Shown piece after piece: positions 42,932-56,000 of a stretch of DNA of 64,000 nucleotides. Where the stretch lies: positions 26,908,001 to 26,972,000 of the forward strand of contig CATNEN010000038.1 in assembly GCA_950097015.1 (NCBI GenBank), in the 5' to 3' direction. Position numbers and translations under genes: made by a program. The stretch's first letter is position 1; each line of letters opens with the position of its first letter. The stretch is from Macrostomum hystrix (taxonomy: Eukaryota > Animalia > Platyhelminthes). The notes beneath the pieces were generated by a model. It was not told the DNA's origin. It made no database searches and saw only the letters and a program-made list of their open reading frames with translations.

Positions 42932-43621
42932 TGTAGTAGTTGCCGTATTTTTACATTTAAAGTTTTGTATTTCCTAGAAACGCAGCGTTAACGTAGAATT
43001 GAATATTTTGTTTAAATGCCGCTTTTTGTTTTAATCATGTCCGCCACCCCGAAAGAAACCTAATATATACGAGTGATTTTAGACACGAAAAACCCAACTG
43101 GCGTTTCTCCGCAAGTTCTGGAAAAGCAAGCTGTTCAAAGCAAATAAAGTTTTCTTTCCTTAATCATTTTAGCTAAAGGCTACAAGCTGGAAAGTGTATG
43201 TCATAAGCGAGAATTCGTACTGAAATAAGATATACAGGTTGGATCTGATCCAGACAGTAAAACCCAGAAGGGATTAAATTAATGCAGATTTTGCAGAAGG
43301 AAATAAAAGGAAACTAAGGGAGTAATTCCAAATAAGAGAGAGAGAGTGTGAGATTGGACACCCTCCGATCCACTGGTAGCCTTTGTCGGACTGAACTTAA
43401 TAAAAGACTGTGTGTCACTAACATAAAATATACATATGAGTTATTCGTGTGAATCAGATTAAAATAGTGTCTTACCGCTCGGACACTTGCATGCTATCAC
43501 AGAGTAAATAACTACTCTAATATAATATTATAAAGTGTTATACTAATTAAAATTGCTAAAAGTTTAAAAGCCCTGAGACCATTTGATAGAATATTAACAA
43601 ATAAGAAAGGGCCCTCCCACA
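42932..43621 (+). repeat. 3' LTR (PPT AGTTAGGGAAGCCAAT immediately upstream)
   Basis: By eye, differs from the 5' LTR by a 9-bp indel, one substitution and one 1-bp indel. Confidence 0.96.
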
Positions 43622-46600
43622 TAAATATATTATCGTAGGGGCTTATAAACCGCTCATAAACCTGTTATAAGCCGAAGTTTATTTTGAACGACCAGACCAA
43701 GTTATAAGTAACATCGCTGCTTGAAACAATTAGTGGCGAATAAGAGTTACATCAAGATCTAGTAGAAAAGTTTTTCATTTGTGGCGAACGAGTTTAAAAA
43801 AGGTGGGTTTATAGCGAGTCGCTAGTGAAACGTGAGTGTAATACGAGTATTATCTAATCTTTCGCTTCCGCTTGAAATAATACGAATGCTCGATTGTACA
43901 CGCAATATTTTCTCAATATGCCTTTTCGTAATTCAATATCGAGAATGTCATTGCAAAACGATATTCTCAAAATTACATTTTATAAAATACAAAATTAAAA
44001 GAATTAAAAAATAAATGCACTGATCAAGCCTTGTTTTGCAATAACATGGTGTTCAATTCTAGCAATTTTCGCAGTCTTTAACTTCAACCGTGTATCTTAA
44101 AGATTTAAACTTAAACTGCGCGGCGCGTTACCGGCATTTCGCTAATAAAATATAAACAATAAATATACTTTCTCAATAAATAATTCCCAACAATATAATT
44201 TAAGTCGTTCCGTCTACATACTGATCGGACGGACTATGGTATCGAGCGATACTATTATCTATTCGATACTCCTATACTCAACTCAATAATCCGATACTTT
44301 AAAAAATTTGAATTTAAAATTATCACGAAAAGGCAATAAACTGAAAAAATATGAATTTCAATCATCAAAAAGACATTTTGTTAAAAATTGTAACATTTTG
44401 CATTTTTCTATAATGCGTATAGTAAGTACGTAAATCCGTAAAACTGTTGAAATATACATTTATATTAACATTATTTTATAAATTCAAAGAAAGACAAGTC
44501 ATTAATCAATCAACTAAACCAGTTATTGATTGCCAGTGGACTACACTTCACCAAAAATTGAACTGCAATTAGCCTTCTCTTTAGTAGTGATTAGTAACTA
44601 GTGAAGTGACATAGTGTAGTAATTTATAGTTATCCTAGAGACATCCCTGATCTCATCTTACGTCATCTCTCATCTCTCAAAGATCTCATCTTTCTGTCGC
44701 AAAAGACGTCCTCCGAGAGCCAAGGCGCGCGCCCCTCGCTGACATGACTCTAATGAGGCTACTCCTTCTCAGAGGCAATTGAATCAGCATCTAATGAAAT
44801 GAGTGGCAAGCATTGTTAAGCATTAATCAGTGTACCATTTTTTATCTGACATTGCTGATTACGACTAATTGATTAGTGAGTGTTGCACCTCGCATGCCCG
44901 GCCGTCCTTTTGTGCAAGCCGCACACTTGTGTGCGAAAACTTTAGGGTTGGAGAGACTCGCTAATTCCTTATTAATTTACGCGATCGTGCCTCCCTCTCT
45001 TGCCTCAATTTGTACATCGACATCGATCGCACAAATAAATAAAGTTCAAACCACACAGCGCCAATCAGTTGCTGCCACAACATCATAAAATCTTAAAAAC
45101 TTCGCTTCCGCCTTTAATTAACACATAAACAAAACAGTTGTCTCTAAAGTTTCTGTCACAAATTAAAATACGAGTAGTATAAATAGAGTGAAACAGTTTG
45201 GTACATGGCAAAATTTCATGTTTTGCCTTTTGTAGACAGTTTTTTTGCATTTTCTGAAGTATTAAACTAAAGTATGGACGATACTTAAATTTTGGTATCT
45301 GACTACGAAATAGCCGAAATAGCCGTAATAATGGATTCTACAGCTCTCCAAGAAACTACATGCGCGTTCTATACCTACAATGATGCCACACTTCATTCGT
45401 AAATAGACTTTAAATTTATTATTAAAAAATTATTTTGGAATGTTTTTCGAGCGTTTTGAGGCGCCAATTGACGTCCCGTGTTTCGGGACAAGTGGTTTTC
45501 GTAAGCTGCCACGCGCTTGTGTGATTGAAATGGTTAGGGATCGTTTTGCAAGCCACTGACCTGCCCTCGTGAAAGGTGGGAGCCTGGAGATGGCAATAGA
45601 GTCGAATGGCTATCTGCCTGGCTACTCGCGAGATGCCGCGGAGAGAGGGTGAGGAGGAAAGAGGAGACGAGGAGGTTCGATGGATGCAGGGAGTGGTCCT
45701 ATTGGCCTCAGGCTGGCCAGTCCCACTCGTCCCATTGGCCACAGGCATGACTGCCGTGCCTACCCCAAGCTATGCTCGAAACCGGCGAAAAGTCTAACGG
45801 GGGCGTCGGATTATCCGGAATCGGCAAGACAGGGCCTGGGTAGCCTACTGTCATGCGGTGCGGTGCGCAACTGACTCCTAGCTTTGGTAGCGGTGGTCGA
45901 ACTGGTCTAGGCTCTTGTCACAGAACTGCGGAAAGGCTATCGGCAAAGCGGATAGATGATCTAGGGTAGCGCCACCACCCAATGCGCCTGCCTTGGCCGC
46001 CGCATGGCCGCCCCGATTACCCAATGAACCGGCGGCGAGAAACGACAGATGCTCCTTTACGAGCAGCCGACGGCAGTCGGCCAATAATTGTTACTCCGCC
46101 AGGACAATGGGAAGCGCAGGCGCCGACCTGCCTACAGCGACATTACATGTATCTAAGAGGAAAGGTCATATATAATCGAGCTGGGCTCGGACTACACTAA
46201 AGAAGTGGGGGCATGAAGAATTATTGATCACTTGAGATGCCTGAGTGATTTCCGATATCTGATCGCGGTTTGGAGGGGAATTATGACCTAAACTAGCTCA
46301 TACAATAAAGTTATGGCCCGCGATCAGTCATTCCTACGGGGATCTAGAACAGATCCAGGGAGAGGGGATTCGTCGGCTACTTAATTCACCGCCGCCCCAA
46401 ACCCGGCCCTAAGATTAATGATCTTGTTTTTGTGGCCAGCTGCTAGTTGGGTCGCGATTATTAATTGCTAAAAATTTGAAAAATTCTGCTGGCTCACATT
46501 CCCACTCGATTCCCGTAGCACACTCCACATCATGATTAGCTGGCAAGGCTAATTCACCCTCCAGCTCAGTAATAAAAAAAGAATGCAGAAATATGATTGT

Positions 46601-47192
46601 CTCGACACTTTTAGCTTCAGTTTAAGTTTCTATTTTTAGCAAGTTCAGGGTTAGGGCAGGCTTGCGCCAGAAACCCTGATGCAAAACTTCACCTAAGGTA
46701 TCGACCCAGCAACAGCTGTATAGGGAGTCACAGATGCGTCGACTCATTGTCTAAAAAACCCTATATGGTGGGTGCAGATTCAGCCAGAATTGGAGCTTGG
46801 AACTCAGCCGCACGTTGGCTGCATGCGTCCACATATATAATCAAATCCACACGGCCCACAGCAAATGCTAGCAAACAAGTGCAAAGCAGGTATCCACCCA
46901 TGCAGTCACAGCTGTAGGGAGTCACATATGCTTTGACATCATTATCTAGAAACCTCCGGCGTCACTTGCAGATCGACAGCCAAACAGGAACTCTGCGTTT
47001 TCCCCAGGTATAGTATGTATAGTCAGAGCTGAATATCCAAAGACTATAATGGAATCATGCAGTTTTAGGCCAATGAAAAACGACTTGTCAAGTCAGCCGA
47101 CTACATGTATAAATAAAGCATTGCATGCTGAGTGCAGACTCATTTGAGCTCAGCTTCAAGAAACCTTCAAATACTGTAGTCTCACAGCTACA

Positions 47193-47930
47193 ATGCTGCT
47201 AAGTTTCGTGTTTCTGCCTCTAGTCATTCAGCTGCTGTCAGTGCAGGCTCAGTGCCCAACGCCGTTCAACCTCGAGGCTGGCAGGTGCGTGTATTTCAAC
47301 ACGGCGCATAGCTTCACCTGGTGCTCGGCTAACAGGCAGTGTGAGTCGATCGGAGGTGAGCTCATCAACTCGTACAGCTCGCTGAAGCTGCTTTCCAGCT
47401 TCTCGAGTGCGAGCTGCGGCTGCAAACTATGGGTCGGAGTGAGTGATTCGGCTGATGAGAGAGTTGAGGACCGAACTGGATGGCAACGGGTGAACTCGAA
47501 CGGCATTCTGCCGCTGGACAACTCCCTGTGGTTCCCCAGCATGCCGAACAACAATGGAAATCAGGACTGCTTGTCTAACTCAAATGTTAACATCAGTAAG
47601 CTGATCGACACCTGGTGTTCCAACACGAGGGGCTTCATTTGTGAATTTCGGAATTCAACTTCGGAGAGCCGACCTCTGAAGAGCTCGCTCTGGCAGCGGG
47701 CTGCCTTCAAGCGCACCAGCTACAATCCCAGCACTGAGTACTGCTACTCAGACGTGCAGCAGGTGTCCAGCTCCTTCCAGTGCGTTGCTGCAGCCATGCG
47801 CTCTGGTGGCAGCTGCAGACACGTGCTGTACAACCGCAAGCTGAAATTGTGCCGCCTGCTGCAGTTCACCGACGCTCAGGTCGAGGAGGAGATCGAGACC
47901 AGCGCTGACTGGGTGAAGTTCAGCTTCTGA
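47193..47930 (+). CDS. Secreted C-type lectin domain plus PAN/apple-like domain protein, copy 1 (intact, intronless)
   Basis: Signal peptide; CP..F...GRCVY, WCSANRQC...GGEL, LWVGVSD, WFPSMPNN...QDC, DTWC...FICE. C-terminal C-x9-QC...C...YN.....C.L is PAN-like. CCAAT and TATAAA upstream. Confidence 0.9.
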   Translation: MLLSFVFLPLVIQLLSVQAQCPTPFNLEAGRCVYFNTAHSFTWCSANRQCESIGGELINSYSSLKLLSSFSSASCGCKLWVGVSDSADERVEDRTGWQRVNSNGILPLDNSLWFPSMPNNNGNQDCLSNSNVNISKLIDTWCSNTRGFICEFRNSTSESRPLKSSLWQRAAFKRTSYNPSTEYCYSDVQQVSSSFQCVAAAMRSGGSCRHVLYNRKLKLCRLLQFTDAQVEEEIETSADWVKFSF

Positions 47931-49520
47931 CCGTCCCTGACAATGCCCTGTCAGAGCAAGCCGGCAGATCGAGTCAATACTGAACATTACTGGCTTTATT
48001 CCTCGCGAACACCACTCGGTTTGGTCACAAGAAGTTATTAAGAATGCGCGTCTGATTATGATTTGGTGACTATGGTTGGCAATGGCAATGTCTATGGTAA
48101 TGGAGTCTATGGCAAAAACAGCGTCTTTGGCAATGGCAAGGGGAGTCATCTACTGCCGGTTCCAGTCAAGAAAGTGGAACCGGCCGTGGAGGAGCGAGAA
48201 TGGGCCGGGCCTCTTAATATAACCACGACCGCGGAGGAGGGGTGGGAGAGGGGCTAAAGCGAATAACCCCTCACGCATTGTTAACATTATTTATGCGCGC
48301 ACGCAGTTATTGACTGGAGGGTAAATGACAAATTTGGCGAACGCATGGATGTGCTCTGGCATTTACTATGAGTAGTACTGTGAGAGATACAATTCAGACT
48401 ACTGACAACAGTAGAAAAGCAAAGACTTGGCTGCAAAAGTCTCGCATAACACTAAAAAATATCGCCATAAAAATGGCAAGCTTAAGAGAGACTTCTGTGC
48501 ACACTAAGAGTGGTGGGAGAGGACTGCGTGTGGCTATGGCTGACTGACGTACTATAAACTATATTAAATAAGAGCATTATTTAAAAGAGTTATTCATGAC
48601 TTTGAGTTAGCTTAAACAGCCCTTTTCGGGTCTACCCAAAGTAGGCAGTCGAATTACTAGTCGCTAAATATGCCTTGAACACAAGTGACAATGTCACAGC
48701 GGTGGCTGTGGCGGAGGAAGTTGCCTTCGAAATCAATCTCGGTGGTGGGCTGCCGATTGGAGTCCAAGACATGCACTTGACATTGCGCCATGCAGAGTTA
48801 ATTGCTGTTCTAGTGGATAAATGATGAAATTTTGTCTCTCAAGGTGTCACGCTGGATGTATCGGAGCAGCTGATTAATTTTCGGGACTAGAACTGAGGAA
48901 TGCGAGAAGCAGATATGGCAGAGCAGATGATGAGTGATGAAGTCTCCCGTGATGAATTTTGAACCAGGGCTTTGATTCCCAAAGTATTTGTATAACAAGG
49001 TGTTGCAGCTTCGTGTTGGCAACAGGCTGGCGGGACGTTGAACTTGTGAAGCCGGAGCTGCATGGTCTTTGCCGAGCGAAACTGAGACGGAGATCGAGCT
49101 ATATAGCTGCTAGTTGTATGGGAGATAAAAAAACTTGTCAAGCTATATATAGGAAGAGGGGAGGGTTTCGGGCGAGCGACAGCGGATTCTCTATCCCTAG
49201 CTGTCTTGCCAGAGTCTGGCCGTAGTCCTCACCTGTCTGATGAGCTGCAAGCAGGCGATGCCTGTCATCATTCGAGATTCGCTTGTAGTTTTGGGCTGCC
49301 ATGATTGATGCTGGTGATGCATGGAGTAAGGAAAAGGGGGTGTTTTTGGAAGATTAACACGTAACTTCCCTTTCCCGTGTCCTTTCAGTGGCTGCTGATT
49401 GCCATAGACAAAATGATTCTAAATGAGAATCTAAATGGCTAGGGTAAAACTTTTCTCGGGTAAAAACAAGCTTAGCCATATTAGCAACGCCACCCCATTC
49501 CTTCTCTTATACTTCTGCTA

Positions 49521-49858
49521 CCGAATTTGAATGCAGTTTGCCGAATTTGAATGCAGTTTGCCGAATTTGAATGCAGTTTGCCGAATTTGAATGCAGTTTG
49601 CCGAATTTGAATGCAGTTTGCCGAATTTGAATGCAGTTTGCCGAATTTGAATGCAGTTTGCCGAATTTGAATGCAGTTTGCCGAATTTGAATGCAGTTTG
49701 CCGAATTTGAATGCAGTTTGCCGAATTTGAATGCAGTTTGCCGAACTTGAATGCAGTTCGCCGAATTTGAATGCAGTTTGCCGAATTTGAATGCAGTTTG
49801 CCGAATTTGAATGCAGTTTGCCGAACTTGGATGCAGTTTGCCGAATTTGCTTGCAGTT
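49521..49858. repeat. 20-bp tandem repeat (CCGAATTTGAATGCAGTTTG)
   Basis: Read directly. Confidence 0.97.
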
Positions 49859-50444
49859 CACAAGTATAGCCATAGAGTTTTTCCGAATATGAATGCAGTT
49901 TTATTACGCACGTTTCGCTAGCAGCAACCGAGCCGCATCACTTTTTAAAATCACTTGTACCACTTGCAAAATCAGTCTTTTCTAATAGATTTTGACTATA
50001 TTTAATTGTACCACGCGTTAAATTATCTTCATATTGCTAATCATGTCACTTTTGAAGCCTTCAAATTTCCGGATTTAAAAAAATCGGTGCGGCAGGCATT
50101 GTGCTGATCACTTGCGCCCTAGCTTTTGACTAGATTCTTGTACCGTTTTGACTAGATTCTGCGAACGACCATAAGCTTCAAAGAACGAGTAATTCGATTT
50201 TTCAAAGACAATTTAAGAAATTTAAGAAATCTAAGAAAGCATTTCATCAACATTTCATAGTGCAATGAACAGACAGCGCTGTAATGTAGTAACAGCGCTG
50301 TAATGTGAATTAAAAAATTACAATATAATAACAAATTAAAACAACGAAATTTTAAATGGGATAGGGTACATTTACGCGATCGTATTAAATGTATATAACC
50401 ATCAACTTGCGCAGCAAATATATACTCAAATATCCCCCGCACGA

Positions 50445-51535
50445 GGTGGCTTGTTGGAGGGGTGGATTGTTGGTGGTTGTGGGTTGTTGGTGGGGTGGAT
50501 TGTTGCAGGGGTGGATTGTTGGAGGGGTGGATTGTTGGTGGTTGTGGGTTGTTGGTGGGGTGGATTGTTGCAGGGGTGGATTGTTGGAGGGATAATTGCT
50601 GGAGCGGTGGCTTGTTGCAGGGATAATTGTTGGAGCGGTGGCTTGTTGCAGGGATAATTGTTGGAGCGGTGGCTTGTTGCAGGGATAATTGTTGGAGCGG
50701 TGGCTTGTTGCAGGGATAATTGTTGGAGCGGTGGCTTGTTGCAGGGATAATTTTTGGAGCGGTGGCTTGTTGCAGGGATAATTGCTGGAGGGGTGGCTTG
50801 TTGCAGGGATAATTGCTGGAGGGGTGGCTTGTTGCAGGGATAATTGCTGGAGGGGTGGCTTGTTGCAGGGATAATTGCTGGAGGGGTGGCTTGTTGCAGG
50901 GATAATTGCTGGAGGGGTGGCTTGTTGCAGGGATAATTGCTGGAGGGGTGGCTTGTTGCAGGGATAATTGCTGGAGGGGTGGCTTGTTGCAGGGATAATT
51001 GCTGGAGCTGGGTGGCTTGTTGCAGGGATAATTGTTGGAGCGGTGGCTTGTTGCAGGGATAATTGCTGGAGGGGTGGCTTGTTGCAGGGATAATTGTTGG
51101 AGCGGTGGCTTGTTGCAGGGATAATTGCTGGAGGGGTGGCTTGTTGCAGGGATAATTGCTGGAGGGGTGGCTTGTTGCAGGGATAATTGTTGGAGCGGTG
51201 GCTTGTTGCAGGGATAATTGCTGGAGGGGTGGCTTGTTGCAGGGATAATTGCTGGAGGGGTGGCTTGTTGCAGGGAAAATTTTTGGAGTGGTGGCTTGTT
51301 GCAGGGATAATTGCTGGAGGGGTGGCTTGTTGCAGGGATAATTGTTGGAGCGGTGGCTTGTTGCAGGGATAATTGCTGGAGGGGTGGCTTGTTGCAGGGA
51401 TAATTGTTGAAGCGGTGGCTTCTTGCAGGGATAATTGCTGGAGGGGTGGCTTGTTGCAGGGATAATTGCTGGAGGGGTGGCTTGTTGCAGGGATAATTGC
51501 TGGAGTGGTTTGGCTTGCTAGAGTGGTGGCTTGTT
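50445..51535. repeat. 31-bp minisatellite (GGTGGCTTGTTGCAGGGATAATTGCTGGAGG)
   Basis: Period 31 read directly; degenerate left edge. Confidence 0.97.
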
Positions 51536-52209
51536 GAGCCGTGGACAGAACGTTAGGTTGATAAAGACGATTTTTTGACGGATTGGTGACCCTAAAAGCA
51601 CGAAAAAATGTGCCAGAAATGTATTTTAGTCTGTATAGCAGAAAAAATACGTAAGTAAAAGACACTCGCAGCACTTAAAAAGAAAATACCGAAATACCGT
51701 GGAGAGGAACTCGACGAAGAATATTTAACAACGAAAGTTATAAACAATTTATAAAAAATTAGGCAACAGGCAACATTTCTTAATCAAAGGCTCTCCTCGA
51801 AAGGTTAAAAAATATAGAATAGAACTTTCGGAGCTGCTAAAGTATAAAAAGTGAGTATGTATGTATATTGATATATGTACTTTTTAATCCAATTATCTAA
51901 AATAGTAGGACTAGAAAGTTCAATGATAAAACAATTTAAATGAAAAAAATTGCAATCGCGGCGTTTAAACTCGAAAAAATATTTTGATACACCAAACGAT
52001 TTTATTGATCGATTGAGCGATCTTTTGCTCGCTCAAGAAACTAACTTTTTAAAGAGAAAAAAGTCGTAATTACAACAACACCGCATGGTCTACTATAAGC
52101 ACTCTCGACTTTTCGAGTCGTTTTTGAAGCCAAAAATATTTTCAAGAGTTAGCTAAAGCCTGGTTAGTTGTAATTTTAAAGACTGGTGTTTGAGGGAAGT
52201 CTCTATTGA

Positions 52210-52926
52210 CATTGAAAACCGCAGTGAACCAGTAGTCCATTAATGACTGCTGCCAGTGCCACCCATTTGAGACGCAGCAAAATTGGCGGTCAAATGGTAT
52301 ATTTAGACTATTAATGACCGCTGCTGATGTCTATGGCAAACACCATGACAGACGAATCCTAGAGGTGGGAGGGAGAAAATGTGCAGAGTGTGGAAAGAGA
52401 AGCCCTCTTTGTCTATGGTCAAAATCAACACAACTCGAATCAGAGTGATATTAAGACTGTTTTCCGCCCAGAGCGCATAGAATTTAATCTGATTTTGAAC
52501 GAACCGTTTTTGAGCCTACGTACTACAGATTAAGATGGACGAGACATGCCCATATCCGACTGGTCTGCTTTATTTATCGCAAGGGGTCGTCTGTGGCCTG
52601 ACGATGGAACAGATTCAACAGAGAATGGAACGAGAGGCCGAGATGGAAAGAATGACGATGGAAACCCTGCCCGAGCTAGGAATGGAGGACGTGGATGAAC
52701 TTCTGAAGGTATACGAAGACTCTGCCATTGAGAATTTGGTTCAGGAGATGGATAATATGGAGTTGGAAAACTGTGTTTATGCCATGTTTGTTACACAATC
52801 AAAAGTGCAAATATATATGTCAGAAACGCGTGACTGCTTCCTCACGCAGAGAAAAGACAAGTTTGTGCCATAGACAAAACGTGAGTCGCAGAATTCATTA
52901 ATGACCGCTGAGAGCGGTTTTCAATG
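52210..52926. mobile_element. Non-autonomous TIR element with 13-bp inverted ends and a short acidic ORF (52535-52873)
   Basis: CATTGAAAACCGC ... GCGGTTTTCAATG; subterminal TTAATGAC(C/T)GCTG three times. No TSD resolved. Confidence 0.55.
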
Positions 52927-53011
52927 GGTGATGTTAGAGTGAAAAAATTGAGTCTACTTTAAACAATACAAAGCTCTAACTGACCAATCATGTGCAGTCT
53001 TTTAAGTGCTC

Positions 53012-56000
53012 TTAAGTTCGCCAGCGCCGCAGACTCGCGAGTGCCTCCTTCTCGTCGATACATTTCCAAGCTGGCGGCAGCCCGTTGACTGGCTTCTCGT
53101 AATAATTACTGAGATCCGTTGCAAAGCTTGCACAGAACCACATCCAAAACTTGTTGCCGCAGTTGCTTGGGTCAGGCCGAATGTCCCAATCGTAGAAAAA
53201 ATCTTTGTACTTGGCGTAAGAATGTCGTTTCTTATACCATTCGCCATCAGTGGCACAATTTGGAGTAAGTCTTCCATATATGTGGCACACAATGCAATAA
53301 AATTCATGGTTTTGACTCACATCGAGTTCACAGTTTCTAAAGACAAGCTCCAGGGTGTGTTCATAGTGCGTCCCTCTGACTCCCTGTGGTCTGTGCTGCA
53401 GGCAGACATGAGGCGTGCCTTCTCTTTCATAGTGCTTAGCATCATCTTTGCAACATGGCTCAAAACAGAAAGGACACTGTGCTCGGCAGCCCCAGAAACT
53501 ATTTAACACCATTCGGCAAAGGGTTTCTCCTTGAGAAACAGAATCAATGTCTCTGGCTTCCAAAATTCGATATTCTTGTTGAAGTTCCATATGAGCCTTC
53601 TTGATGGCTGCACGAAAAAAGCCAGTAAAATCGGCAAGTGTTATCGAACTTACATATTTATAATCGGCACTGAAAACATTCTCCAAGTCTTGCGGCACCA
53701 CAGCAAGCTCAGTTTCAACATTTTTGCAGAACTTGGCAATCCATAGGCTAAAAGACTGAGCGGAGTCCGTGTTGGCTTTTTCATCAGCGTCATGAACAGC
53801 AGCGAATATAGGTTCAATAAGTTCATAGTTTATAGCTGAAAACAGCCTGGTAGTATCGTTAGAGGACTGTTTTTTAGATAGAAATCCTAAAATAAAACTC
53901 TTCAACCACTGAAGAGCAGCTGTCTCGGAGTTTGAGGCGAAATCTATAATTTTCTCAAATTCGCGATTTTTTGCGAACTCTTCCAACATTCGCACTACGA
54001 GATAAAACTTGCCATTGCCAATTTCCTTGATCAATTTAGACTTAAGCTTCTCCTTCATTCGCTGACCAATAGCGTCCCGGATGATTTTTTTCAGATGATC
54101 CCTGACATAATCTGCTGCTACAGCGGCACAGCTTTGCCGCTTCACCATGTTAGCAAATGTGTTGCGAATCCGTTCCTTGATCTGATTGGTCCTTGACATT
54201 ATGCTGCAACTTTCGTGAAATCGATTGTCCAGTTCAACAAAATAAGGATAAGCGAGACTAAGCGACAGAATTACCAATTTTATTTCAAATTTCATCGTTA
54301 TTCTCGTGTCCTGATAGACGCTAAGTTCTCTCTGCAGACACTCAGTAACACATTTTTGAACTTTATAAGCATCGTTTTCTTCAAACCATCTATTCGCATG
54401 AGAAATGTCGATAACTAAAATCTGCACATTTCTGATAATTTTATTGCTGATTGAAGTTAAACAATCTTGTGCTTTCTTTCGCATCTTTTGTTCAAAATAG
54501 TGCTTTTCCTCTCCAAAAGTTAATAGCTTTAATGCTCCATCACGAATTCGTGTGGAAAGTGTCACGTCGATTTCGAAAAGAGTGTTTTCATCGGCTTCAA
54601 AGAGTTGTTCACGAGTCAGCGTAGCAGCAGAGCGTACTGCCCTGATGTCTTCATCAAAAGCAATTCGATCCATATAAGAACGAACGGTAGATATTTCTTT
54701 AGGATAACAATTGCGGAGAAATCTCTCGATCTTTGAATAGACAGAGTCACCTTTCTCAGATCCTTCTGCTGGTAAATCAGCGGTAAATTTACTCCACAGG
54801 CTGCCAAACTTTTGTTCAATAACTTCTGGAGGGCATCCCTCAGGCATCTCCTCAGCAGCTCTTTTGGCTTCGAGTAGAATTTCCCTCTCCCACTCGCTTT
54901 GCTTTGACATCTGCTCCGTTTCCAACAGCTGAAAGTCGCAAAGTAGGTCCAGTTTTTTTCTGATCTCGCAACCAACCGACCTAAGATATTCTGTTAAAGA
55001 GTTGGTTTTGCCGGACTTCCACTGAATTGTGTGTTCACTATATGGGTTCTGCTCAAAGAATCTCTCTAGCCGCTGTTTTCCTGATTCTTCACACTCGTCG
55101 ATAAGTCTGTTTAACTCTTTGATTAGAGCCAGTTTTTCTCTGTTCAATATGTCTGTCGCGGTCGATTTTTTTACCCGAACCGACGCATTCTTCGTCAGCC
55201 ATTCATGTAACTGTGCATCAAACAGTGTCTTAATTTCAAAGAACTCAGATTCCAAAATATTGTAGGCCTTCATTTCCACACTGTTACGAAAACTGAAAAC
55301 AAAGTCCTCAGTCATTATGGCCTTCCAAAGATCTTCAATGCAAAGAGCGAAGTCATCGAATCTACGAAAGCTTTTCGGCTCGTTATCCAGACAGTGCAGA
55401 ATGTGGCTTTTGATTTTACGGATGCTAAAAGAGTATCCAGGGTTAACGGGAGCCATCGGAGGGTCTCCTTGCCACAGATCCGACGCGTAAAAAATGTCAT
55501 TATGACAATCAAATGATATAATGTCTGAGAAACAATCGATATTTAGCAGCTTCTCTCCTTCAGCTGCCTCTCTTGTAATGTTATCAAGGACTTCCTGCAT
55601 CTTAAAGTTTGCGTCCATCATTTTTTCCTTCGCACCCACCGCTGGCACATTCTGATGCACAAAGATGCACTTCCGCCGCAGGTCACGCATGCTGTTCGCC
55701 ATCTTCATCCTGATAAACGCGTGAACCACAATCTGCAGTATATCCATAATTTCAGCCGTGTTTTCACCCTTGAGATTGATCACCGTCACGTCGCCCAGGC
55801 CAACAACAAGTGTGGCAAGCTCGTTGTCATGGTGATGCTTGTCGAGTCCCAGCTCAGGTGCTCTGAGTCCCTCCGTGTCGATCACGGCCACAAAGTCGAA
55901 CGGCCTTCCGGGCTCGACGGGAACCAGCTGAAGAAAAGCTCCTCGGGTGCAGCGACCAGCGCTCACTGCGAACTTCAAGCCGAACATTGTGTTGAGCAGA

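Larger units (their letters stand above)
34993..43621 (+). mobile_element. Full-length, recently inserted Ty3/Gypsy LTR retrotransposon (gag, pol, ORF3)
   Basis: TG...CA LTRs nearly identical. 4-bp TSD TAAA (34989-34992 / 43622-43625). PBS, PPT, and PR-RT-RH-IN domain order. Confidence 0.97.

Noticed and set aside
48063-48257. Gly/Asn-rich small ORF repeated at 61340
   Set aside because: Part of the duplicated lectin 3' flank built of GGCAAT repeats; non-ATG start in the track and a frameshift between the copies.
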